DNA from: an uncultured bacterium
Lineage (GTDB): Bacteria; Patescibacteriota; Minisyncoccia; Phycocordibacterales; Phycocordibacteraceae
Length of the DNA: 54,125 nucleotides
Reading direction: 5' to 3'
Assembly: GCA_947085505.1 (NCBI GenBank)
Contig: CAMTWI010000003.1
Coordinates: 73,319-127,443 of the forward strand
The first letter of the stretch is position 1, and the number at the start of each line of letters is the position of its first letter. Shown one piece after another: positions 39,328-47,088 of this stretch. A program made the position numbers and the translations under genes. The notes below the pieces were generated by a model. It did no database searches, was not told where the DNA came from, and was given only the letters and a program-made list of their open reading frames with translations.

Positions 39328-39795
39328 ATGTACCTAAACAAAGTCCAGCTTTACGGAAATCTTACCCGCGACCCGGAGCTTAAAGCGCTTCCATCAGGTC
39401 AGCAGGTTGCATCGTTTGGTCTTGCTACCAACCGCTCGTTCAAGAATAAAGAAGGCGCACAGCAGGAGCAGACGGAGTTCCACAACATTGTTGCGTTCGG
39501 ACGCACGGCAGAAGTTATGGGCCAGTACCTCAAAAAAGGACGTCCAATCTATGTCGAAGGCCGTATCCAGACCCGCTCGTGGGATAAGGACGGGGTTAAG
39601 CAGTATCGCACCGAGATTGTCGTTGATACGTTCCAGTTCGGCGCACAGGCAGGAGGTGATGGACAGCGTTCCAGCAGCAATACTGCAGGTACTGCACAGA
39701 GCGACAACGCTCCTGCGCAGCAGGCACCAGCCGACATGGGAGCAGACATCCAGTACCCGGAGGAGGAGATCAATCCCGAGGACATTCCTTTCTAG
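39328..39795 (+). CDS. ssb: Single-stranded DNA-binding protein
   Basis: NKVQLYGNLTRDPE and YVEGRIQTRSW; C-terminal DIPF. Confidence 0.97.
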   Translation: MYLNKVQLYGNLTRDPELKALPSGQQVASFGLATNRSFKNKEGAQQEQTEFHNIVAFGRTAEVMGQYLKKGRPIYVEGRIQTRSWDKDGVKQYRTEIVVDTFQFGAQAGGDGQRSSSNTAGTAQSDNAPAQQAPADMGADIQYPEEEINPEDIPF

Positions 39796-39815
39796 TTTTC
39801 AGTTAAGTAATCACT

Positions 39816-40016
39816 ATGGCACATCAATCAGAAGAGATAGAGCACAAGAAGTTCGTAGACTACAAGGACGTACAGTACCTTCGTATGTTCATGAATCCAC
39901 ACGCGAAGATTCTTGCGAAGAAGCGTACCAACGTGCAGGCAAGCCGCCAGCGCGAGATCGCTCTCGCAATAAAGCGTGCACGCTATATGGCGCTTCTTCC
40001 ATACCTCGCAGCGTAA
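39816..40016 (+). CDS. rpsR: 30S ribosomal protein S18 (Cys-free form)
   Basis: DYKDV, KIL and QREIALAIKRARYMALLPY. Confidence 0.93.
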   Translation: MAHQSEEIEHKKFVDYKDVQYLRMFMNPHAKILAKKRTNVQASRQREIALAIKRARYMALLPYLAA

Positions 40017-40029
40017 GTAGCGAATGATA

Positions 40030-40064
40030 AAGAACAAAGCCCGGCTCTGCCGGGCTTTGTTCTT
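40030..40064 (+). terminator. Intrinsic terminator after rpsF-ssb-rpsR
   Basis: AAGAACAAAGCCCGGC-TCT-GCCGGGCTTTGTTCTT. Confidence 0.85.
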
Positions 40065-40168
40065 ACTATTTCTGGATAAAGACTAAAATATTTTGAGAAA
40101 AGGTCCCCCCGTGTTTATATAGATAAGCGACGCATGTGGCGTCGCAATTTCGTTCCTAGGGGTACAAC

Positions 40169-40345
40169 GTGCTTGCAGATCAATACAATAAGAAACTGTT
40201 CATTTCGAAGCGCCAGAAGGCGCTCTCAATATTCGGGGGTATTCTTGTTGGTGTGCTCGGGGTCGGCCTGTTGGTTGGCACGATAGACCACATGATTAAA
40301 ACGTCCTATTTGGATGTTCCCGTAACCCGGTCGAGCGCCCCTTAA
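40169..40345 (+). CDS. Putative 58-aa single-TM protein (below ORF-track cutoff)
   Basis: GTG start with AGGGG upstream; MLADQYNKKLFISKRQKALSIFGGILVGVLGVGLLVGTIDHMIKTSYLDVPVTRSSAP*. Confidence 0.55.
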   Translation: MLADQYNKKLFISKRQKALSIFGGILVGVLGVGLLVGTIDHMIKTSYLDVPVTRSSAP

Positions 40346-40423
40346 CAGGGTACTGACCAAACGTGCGTAGAATGCGCGCGAAACGCCCCCTTTTTTGGAA
40401 GGGGGCGTTGTTGGTTTTAATAC

Positions 40424-40999
40424 TTATGCCTTCTCGACGCGCTCGACATATTCTCCAGTATCAGTGTTGATCCGAAGAATGTCTCCTTCATTAATAAAGA
40501 GGGGGGTAGTGATAGAGGCACCACTCTCGAGCACTACTTTCTTGTCTCCGCCGGTGGCAGTGTCACCCCGAACCGCAGGAGGTGCTTCTTTAACCTTAAG
40601 CTCTACCTTGATCGGGATGGCAATTGTCATAGGGTTGTCATTGTAGAGAAGTACTTCAACGGGAGCGTTTTGCACAAGCCACTGTACCTTCTCGTGTACT
40701 GCGTTCTCAGGGAACGCGAAACGATTCTTTGGGTTTCCTGACTCTGCAAACCACGACTCGCCACGATTCGTGTAAAGGTACGTCGCCTGCATTTTGCCAA
40801 TGTCCGCTTCAGGTACCGTCTCTGATTGGTGGAAGGAGATTTCGAGTACTTTCCCGGAGATGAGATGCTTCAGTTTCGTCTGATTTACTGGCTTTCTTTG
40901 CTGCATACGAAACACATGGGAGGAGAGGACTTCATACGGCTCGTTGTTGTAAACGATAACCTTCTTCTGAGTAATCTCGTTGTAGGAAAGGATTGCCAT
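40424..40999 (-). CDS. efp: Elongation factor P
   Basis: YLYT, VELKVKEAPPAVRGDTATGGDK and ITTPLFINEGDILRINTDTGEYVERV. Confidence 0.93.
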   Translation of the reverse strand: MAILSYNEITQKKVIVYNNEPYEVLSSHVFRMQQRKPVNQTKLKHLISGKVLEISFHQSETVPEADIGKMQATYLYTNRGESWFAESGNPKNRFAFPENAVHEKVQWLVQNAPVEVLLYNDNPMTIAIPIKVELKVKEAPPAVRGDTATGGDKKVVLESGASITTPLFINEGDILRINTDTGEYVERVEKA

Positions 41000-41078
41000 A
41001 GGGAATGTAACGAGGAGAGCCTTCAGCGCGTTATAAAAAATGCCGGGCTCCCGGATAGGGGGTATGATACAGGACACC

Positions 41079-41660
41079 ATGCCGGAAGCAACCATACCCC
41101 CGGAGCTGTCGGACGAAGAGATCCTACGCGCCTGCCGCAAGGACCCAGAAGTCTTTGCCCTGCTTGTTGCCCGGTACGAGGCCGCCTTTCTACGGAAGGC
41201 CCGTTCGATTGTCTGGTCGCCCGAGGACGCGGAGGAAGTGGTGCAGGACGCGTTTACCCGTATCTACCTCTACGCTGACCGCTACGAGGCAATGGAGGGC
41301 GCCTCGTTCTCATCCTGGGGTTACATGATCCTCACCAGGCTCGCGTTCACCCGGTATCAGAAACTGAAGACCAAGAACGCACGGTTCTCAGATCTAGATC
41401 CAGAGACGTACGAGCGACTTCCAGAAGAGGGTACCTTTCTTGAGGATCTGACAATCAAGGACGAGGTGCTCATGGCATTAGCCAAGCTTCCAGAGGCAGC
41501 GAAGCGAGTGCTTTCCTTACAATTCCTTGAAGGGAAGACTCAAGATGAGATTGCTCGTAGTGAGGGAAGCACGGTACCGGCCGTTAAGACTCGGGTACAT
41601 CGCGCAAAGAAATTACTAAAAGACGCGTTAGAAGAGAATGCAAAACCCTATGACTCCTAA
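41079..41660 (+). CDS. ECF-type RNA polymerase sigma factor
   Basis: Region 2: FALLVARY...DAEEVVQDAF...FSSW. Region 4: LAKLPE...EIA...TVKTRVHRAKKLL-type (actual VPAVKTRVHRAKKLL). Confidence 0.9.
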   Translation: MPEATIPPELSDEEILRACRKDPEVFALLVARYEAAFLRKARSIVWSPEDAEEVVQDAFTRIYLYADRYEAMEGASFSSWGYMILTRLAFTRYQKLKTKNARFSDLDPETYERLPEEGTFLEDLTIKDEVLMALAKLPEAAKRVLSLQFLEGKTQDEIARSEGSTVPAVKTRVHRAKKLLKDALEENAKPYDS

Positions 41661-41979
41661 TTCATCCGTCTCTCGTACCGTTATGCGTCGTGTGCGCATA
41701 CTCTATGGCATACGTGCTGCAACTCCGGTGTTCGCAGCGAGCTTCCTTTTTGTACTTGCACTATGGGGTATTGGCAGGGAAGTGTGGGTCGCAAAAGTGT
41801 TCGAGAATATGTCGTCCCATGCTGATGCACCCGGTATGCTCAGCTTCCTTACAAGCGCGTTTCTGAATACGGACATCGTTGTCCAGGCGCTTTCCATTCT
41901 TGCACTTGGAGCACTTATTTGGCTTGCGCGCAGCTTTGCGATCGCTATAGGGGAATCGTTCACGACACGGCGCATCTAA
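41650..41979 (+). CDS. Small 2-TM membrane protein, candidate anti-sigma factor
   Basis: Start overlaps the ECF stop codon; two hydrophobic helices. Confidence 0.6.
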   Translation: MTPNSSVSRTVMRRVRILYGIRAATPVFAASFLFVLALWGIGREVWVAKVFENMSSHADAPGMLSFLTSAFLNTDIVVQALSILALGALIWLARSFAIAIGESFTTRRI

Positions 41980-42019
41980 GATAAAAAGATCGCGATATAA
42001 TCGCGATCTTTTTATCTTA
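41977..42019. terminator. Bidirectional terminator between the ECF operon and recA
   Basis: 20-bp perfect inverted repeat TAAGATAAAAAGATCGCGAT-ATA-ATCGCGATCTTTTTATCTTA. Confidence 0.85.
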
Positions 42020-42025
42020 CGTGCT

Positions 42026-43087
42026 CTAATCTTGCGCTAGCTTTTCTCGAATCTGCTTCAAGATTTCATTTGCAACTGGTTTATTCTCTCTAAGGAAGGT
42101 GCGTGTTGCATCATATCCGCGGCCGATAGAGTTCTCCTTATACTTGTAGCTTGAACCGGACTTCTGAAGAATGTCATACTTCTCGCCAAGTGCGATGATT
42201 TCGCCCTCCCGGGAGATACCCTCATTGTAGAGAAGATCGAACTCTGTGGTTTTGAAAGGTGCTGCTACCTTGTTCTTTACCACCTTCACACGGACTCTTC
42301 CGCCCACGATTTCTTCGCCCTTTTTGATCTGCGCGATACGTCTAATATCGAGACGGACAGACGTATAGAACTTGAGGGCCTTTCCTCCCGTTGTTGTCTC
42401 TGGGTTTCCGAACATTACGCCGATCTGCATGCGGATCTGGTTGATGAAGATGATGATGGTGTTCGATTTTGCAGTGATTGCGGTGAGTTTCCTGAGTGCC
42501 TGACTCATGAGACGAGCTTGCTTACCCATCTGTGCTGATCCCATATCGCCCTCAATCTCGTCTTTTGGTGTAAGGGCCGCGACTGAGTCAACAACAATGA
42601 CGTCGATAGAGTTGGCACGCACCAAAGACTCAACGATTTCGAGTGCCTGCTCGCCGGTATCTGGCTGCGAGATAAGGAGCTCAGGGAGTTTTACACCAAT
42701 CTTTCGTGCGTATTCTGGATCAAGTGCGTGCTCAGCGTCGACGAACGCACAGATACCCCCTTTCTTCTGTGCCTCAGCAATTACATGCAGTGCGAGTGTT
42801 GTCTTTCCTGAAGACTCAGGGCCGAATATCTCGATGATGCGGCCGCGGGGGAGTCCGCCGATACCGAGTGCAGCATCAAGACCAAGAGAGCCTGTAGGAA
42901 TGGAATCGATTGCTGCTACCTTGCCGCTGCCATAGGTCATAATCGACTCGTCGCCAAACTTGGTCTGAATCTCCTTGATAGCAAGATCAATAGCACGCTG
43001 CTTAGTATCAGCAGCACTTGCTCCTTCAACTACCTCGCTAGACGCAAGGATCTTCGGGGCTTTTTTGGCTGGTTTCTTTGCAGGCAT
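42026..43087 (-). CDS. recA: Recombinase A
   Basis: [41 protein letters not shown] and FINQIRM. Confidence 0.99.
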   Translation of the reverse strand: MPAKKPAKKAPKILASSEVVEGASAADTKQRAIDLAIKEIQTKFGDESIMTYGSGKVAAIDSIPTGSLGLDAALGIGGLPRGRIIEIFGPESSGKTTLALHVIAEAQKKGGICAFVDAEHALDPEYARKIGVKLPELLISQPDTGEQALEIVESLVRANSIDVIVVDSVAALTPKDEIEGDMGSAQMGKQARLMSQALRKLTAITAKSNTIIIFINQIRMQIGVMFGNPETTTGGKALKFYTSVRLDIRRIAQIKKGEEIVGGRVRVKVVKNKVAAPFKTTEFDLLYNEGISREGEIIALGEKYDILQKSGSSYKYKENSIGRGYDATRTFLRENKPVANEILKQIREKLAQD

Positions 43088-43098
43088 GGTAGGAAAAG

Positions 43099-43422
43099 TT
43101 AATTAACGAACACGGATCGCCGTTCGGTTATCTCGCGCCCGAACCGATCGGTTGCGGTTAGGGATAGTATAGCGCCCCCTGAAGGGAGGGTAATGAGTGC
43201 ACTGAAATTGCCAGATTCGTCCATAAGGAGCGGTGCTCCATTAAGCCAGAGTGTTTTAGTATGCAACGCCCGTCCCTCAATGTATGCATGCCCGTCTTCA
43301 AGGACCCCTTCATTAGGAGAATCGATAGCGATTTGTGGGCCTGTGAGTAGTGGCCACGCCGCCACTGCGCCATACGCGAGGAGTGCAAGTAGGAATAGGG
43401 CAGCGATAGAGCGTGTAGGCAT
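43099..43422 (-). CDS. Small membrane-anchored Ig-like beta-sandwich protein
   Basis: TM, then PQIAIDSP...IEGRA...LNG...GNF...TATDRFG pattern. Confidence 0.65.
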   Translation of the reverse strand: MPTRSIAALFLLALLAYGAVAAWPLLTGPQIAIDSPNEGVLEDGHAYIEGRALHTKTLWLNGAPLLMDESGNFSALITLPSGGAILSLTATDRFGREITERRSVFVN

Positions 43423-43424
43423 AG

Positions 43425-45572
43425 CTATAGTTCGTCTTCGTCGGTACTTGTTGCTCCACCTGTACTCAAGATTTCGCGAGGCCGTGACCCGTCAGCGGGG
43501 CCGATGACACCCTTTTCTTCGAGAAGGTCCATAAGGCGTGCGGCACGAGAGTAGCCGATACGCAGTTTGCGCTGGAGGTAGGAGGTAGAGGCACGGCCGG
43601 CTTCTTCAACAGCTTCACGGGCTTGTCCGTAGAGGTCGTCGTCTACATCGTCGTCTTCTCCTGCGAGCATAATCGCGTCATTTGCTTCGTGGACACCGGT
43701 TCCTCCGGTGCCCGTACCAAGATCAAGACTTGAGAGGGAACCGGCATTATGTGCCTTCAAGAAACTCACCACCTTCTTCACCTCCTGCTCGCTAATGTAC
43801 GCAGTTTGAAGGCGAACTGGTTTCTGCATATCTGCCGACTGGTAGAGCATGTCGCCGGCGCCAAGAAGGAGCTCTGCACCAGAAGCGTCGAGGATGGTGC
43901 GCGAGTCGATCTGGCTCGCTACCTGAAGCGCGAGACGAGTAGGGACGTTCGCCTTGATGAGACCTGTAATGACGTTAACTGAAGGACGCTGGGTCGAGAG
44001 GATCAGGTGGATACCGACCGCACGGGACATCTGTGCAAGCCTGACGATGGCACTCTCAAGTTCACGCGGGTAGCTCTGCATGATGTCGGCGAGCTCGTCG
44101 ATAACAATCACGACGTACGGCATGGCCTCAGGGATCTCTTTCGCTTTACGCTTCTTGGCAGGCTCAACGACAGTCGTGTGATAGGACTCAATGTCGCGAA
44201 CTTGGCGGTCCTCGAGAATGGTGTATCGACGTTCCATCTCCTTTGCTGCCCATTTAAGAGCAAAGATAGCTTTCTTAGGGTCGGTGATAACTGGCGTCAG
44301 GAGGTGGGGGATACCGTTATAGAGCGTAAGTTCAACACGCTTCGGATCAATCATGATGAAGCGAAGCTGGTTCGGGCCGTTCCTGAAGAGGAGGGAGGTA
44401 ATAACGGCGTGGATTGCCACAGACTTTCCGGATCCGGTTGCACCTGCAATAAGGCCGTGCGGCATCTTTGCGACGTTCACGTAGTGCGGGGTTCCGGTGA
44501 TGTCACGACCAACGGCAGCCAGAAGCGGTTTCTTTGATGAGGACCATTCGGCAGCGCCAATAACGCCTCCGAGACCAACCATTGCTTTGGATGCGTTCGG
44601 GACTTCGATACCAACCAAAGACTTCCCAGGGATTGGGGCTTCGATACGAACCGGGTGTGCGGCCAGTGCGAGCTCAAGATTTGTCTGAAGCCCAACGATT
44701 TTCTGGAGACGGACACCTTCGGCCGGCTTAATAGCGTAACGGGTAACGGTAGGACCGACCGAGACTTCGTCCATTTCTACGGAAATACCGAAGTTCTGGA
44801 AGGTACGCTTAATAATGTTCGCATTCGCTTTAATGTCCCCGACACCTGGCTTTCCTTTATCTTCTCCAAGAAGGGAGAGGGGAGGTGCCTCGTACTCTGC
44901 GTCAAAGTTTGGGATAGAGGGGTCGGTGCTTACGGACGAAGCTTGGTTGAACATAGTTACGACCGGTTCTTTCTCAGGAGCTTCTTCGTCTTCGGTAGCA
45001 GGTTCCTCGTCGTCTTCCTCAACCTCTTGTTCCTCATCGTCTGCAGCCTTCCTCTCAGAAAGCCGAGGAAGCTTTATGGAAGCAATCTTGTCGCTCGTCG
45101 CATCAGCTGCCTCTTTGAATACGCGTAGAAGCGCAACGACGTCGGTGGCGATGATGAGGCCAATGGCAATGATAGCGAGCAGGATGATAACAGCTCCTGC
45201 AACACCAAAGAGCTCTGCGGCAGCATGTCCAAGAGAGGTACCAGCGACACCTCCAAGAGCGTCTGTGATGATGCCAAGGAAGGTGAGGGTGGCGATGATG
45301 ATAAGTACGATACCGGCTGCGGTGAGGGGAGCGAGGAACGACCGCTCAAGCATAACCGAGAGACCCACACCTATAAGGAGTACCGGTAGAAGAAAAGCCG
45401 CGACGCCGATCACGCTGAAACCAAACCCAAAGATGGCAGTTCCAGCAAGACCAGCGAGACCAAGACAAGCCAATGCAAAGATTAGACCGAAAGCGATAAG
45501 CACAATGCCCGTCGTCCATTTGGCGAGAGCTCGATAGTTGTCCGCATCGCGGCGCTTCCGGCGCTTTTTCAT
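43425..45572 (-). CDS. ftsK: DNA translocase FtsK/SpoIIIE
   Basis: N-terminal TM helices; GPTVTRY, RIEAPIPGK, IAGATGSGKS, IDELAD, TQRPS and gamma domain STSYLQRKLRIGYSRAARL. Confidence 0.97.
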   Translation of the reverse strand: MKKRRKRRDADNYRALAKWTTGIVLIAFGLIFALACLGLAGLAGTAIFGFGFSVIGVAAFLLPVLLIGVGLSVMLERSFLAPLTAAGIVLIIIATLTFLGIITDALGGVAGTSLGHAAAELFGVAGAVIILLAIIAIGLIIATDVVALLRVFKEAADATSDKIASIKLPRLSERKAADDEEQEVEEDDEEPATEDEEAPEKEPVVTMFNQASSVSTDPSIPNFDAEYEAPPLSLLGEDKGKPGVGDIKANANIIKRTFQNFGISVEMDEVSVGPTVTRYAIKPAEGVRLQKIVGLQTNLELALAAHPVRIEAPIPGKSLVGIEVPNASKAMVGLGGVIGAAEWSSSKKPLLAAVGRDITGTPHYVNVAKMPHGLIAGATGSGKSVAIHAVITSLLFRNGPNQLRFIMIDPKRVELTLYNGIPHLLTPVITDPKKAIFALKWAAKEMERRYTILEDRQVRDIESYHTTVVEPAKKRKAKEIPEAMPYVVIVIDELADIMQSYPRELESAIVRLAQMSRAVGIHLILSTQRPSVNVITGLIKANVPTRLALQVASQIDSRTILDASGAELLLGAGDMLYQSADMQKPVRLQTAYISEQEVKKVVSFLKAHNAGSLSSLDLGTGTGGTGVHEANDAIMLAGEDDDVDDDLYGQAREAVEEAGRASTSYLQRKLRIGYSRAARLMDLLEEKGVIGPADGSRPREILSTGGATSTDEDEL

Positions 45573-45649
45573 ATACGTATTCTAGCACCGCACCAGATTC
45601 GGTGCGTACCGGAAAGCCTTTTGTCTGCTTGTCTAATAACGTTGTTGCG

Positions 45650-46522
45650 ATGATGTCCTATGGGACATATACTGACCTTGACGCAATAAAGGACATCATG
45701 AGCGATAAAGGACAGAACAGGGATTCGCATGCGATGAAGGCATATAAAAACAATGCTGACTTTAGTGATTTTGTCCTTGATAAACCAATATTCTCAGGAG
45801 TATTTGAAAAGGACATTAGACGCGTATACCTTTACAAGAAGGCTGAGCGACTCGCGAAAGCCATCCATCTAATCAGTCCAGCATTCGCAGAGTCACCTGC
45901 GTTAAAGGACCGGATTGAACGCATCGCACTCGGTCTTGTCGATGCTTCCGTACTTCCTCCAACTACATCGCGTGACGCACTCTCACGTGAGCTTCTTGCG
46001 CTCTCAAGTATTCTTTCAATTGCACGCACCGGAGGTATGCTGTCGAGCATGAACGCAGATCTCATTGTACGAGAAGCCCATCAGCTGCTTTCAGAGATCG
46101 TAAGCTATGAAGAACCTCGTCTGGTACTCGATGAGATTCCGTCTCTCGCGTCACTTGCGAAAGCATCTGCGGTGAGTGAATCCCGTGAGCGAAGCAGTCT
46201 CCGATCAGTTGCGCGCATCACATATGATTCGGATCTTGGTGCCCATGACATCGCTGAGTATAAAGGACAGTCTAAAGGACACATAAAGGACACATCCAAA
46301 ACAGACGTATCTTCAGCACAAAAGGGAAGTACTAATGGAGATCGTCGAGAGAGTATCCTCGCGGTCCTGCGCTCGAAGGGTCCTTCCTATATAAAGGATA
46401 TCTCCATGATTGTGCGCGACGTAAGCGAGAAAACTATACAGCGAGAACTATCCGGTTTAGTCACTGAAGGGGTTGTGAAGAGGAAGGGGGATCGCCGCTG
46501 GACTACCTACGAGATGGCTTAG
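45650..46522 (+). CDS. Four-helix-bundle plus C-terminal DeoR-like winged-helix protein (start uncertain: 45650, 45698 or 45734)
   Basis: Helical N-domain LYKKAERLAKAIHLI...LKDRIERIA; low-complexity linker; wHTH RRESILAVL...IKDI...VSEKTIQRELSGLV...G. Confidence 0.75.
   Translation: MMSYGTYTDLDAIKDIMSDKGQNRDSHAMKAYKNNADFSDFVLDKPIFSGVFEKDIRRVYLYKKAERLAKAIHLISPAFAESPALKDRIERIALGLVDASVLPPTTSRDALSRELLALSSILSIARTGGMLSSMNADLIVREAHQLLSEIVSYEEPRLVLDEIPSLASLAKASAVSESRERSSLRSVARITYDSDLGAHDIAEYKGQSKGHIKDTSKTDVSSAQKGSTNGDRRESILAVLRSKGPSYIKDISMIVRDVSEKTIQRELSGLVTEGVVKRKGDRRWTTYEMA
45687..46292 (+). repeat. TAAAGGACA direct repeats in two clusters
   Basis: Exact 9-mer at 45687, 45706, 46261, 46273 and 46284; the 7-mer core AAGGACA also at 45809 and inverted at 45772. 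Confidence 0.85.
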
Positions 46523-46540
46523 TTTCGCGTGAAGGCTTCA

Positions 46541-46569
46541 TTGACGAAAACCTTAAATAAGCTTATTAT
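46541..46569 (+). promoter_or_regulatory. Sigma70-type promoter upstream of the long leader
   Basis: TTGACG-17 nt-TATTAT. Confidence 0.65.
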
Positions 46570-46648
46570 ACTGAGCGTGGTAACTGCAGGGAGCTAGGTG
46601 TTCTAAACGGCCGGAAACGGTCTGTTTTGCGTTTAGCTGAAAACACGG

Positions 46649-46657
46649 TTATCCACA
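46649..46657 (+). promoter_or_regulatory. Consensus DnaA box
   Basis: Exact TTATCCACA match; function not shown. Confidence 0.45.
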
Positions 46658-46705
46658 ACGTTTTTGCAGGGTCTATCGCTCGTATCTCTGTATACTAGGT
46701 ATACA

Positions 46706-47000
46706 CCCGCGCGTTCGGTTCTATCCGAACCGCGGGATTCTGAAACGGCTGATACGACCCTGAAAGAAGGGATCCTTGATAAAGGAATAGTGAACAAAAG
46801 TCCTGCGGTGTAAGAACCTGCAGGCACACCCGTCTTCATGAACAGACGGGTGCCTGAAACGGATGCTTTTGATAGAAATGGATGAACGCTTGAATGAATG
46901 ATCATTCGCCAACTAGCCGATGGGACGCTCGTCGATAGTGCGCCCTGTCGGATAGTGTGAACCGTTCGAAAACTCACTCCCTTCCTCTCGGGGAGGGGAG
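46706..47000 (+). ncRNA. Candidate structured RNA / long 5' leader of the surface-protein gene
   Basis: Series of GC-rich hairpins at 46706-46736, 46821-46856, 46917-46951 and 46977-47000; no convincing ORF. Confidence 0.5.
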
Positions 47001-47088
47001 GAGATTACAAAGAGAGATTAAAGGTGCGTACGCGATACGAATTATTACTAGACGTACCGCGCACGTACTTCAACTACTTACAAAAAAT

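Noticed and set aside
40016-40424. Loss of rplI (L9) because it does not follow rpsR
   Set aside because: rplI is often unlinked from rpsR, so one window cannot show absence.
46740-46812. Leader region as a hammerhead ribozyme or RNase P RNA (CTGATACGA...GAA; AAAAGTCC)
   Set aside because: The hammerhead core needs CUGANGA and GAAA with a closing stem III, and RNase P needs GAGGAAAGUCC plus the 3' CR-V motif. Neither is complete.
46957-47088. N-terminal extension of the surface protein from the ORF-track start at 46957
   Set aside because: The extension is not signal-peptide-like and overlaps leader hairpins; ATG 47089 (or the next ATG) gives a normal signal peptide.
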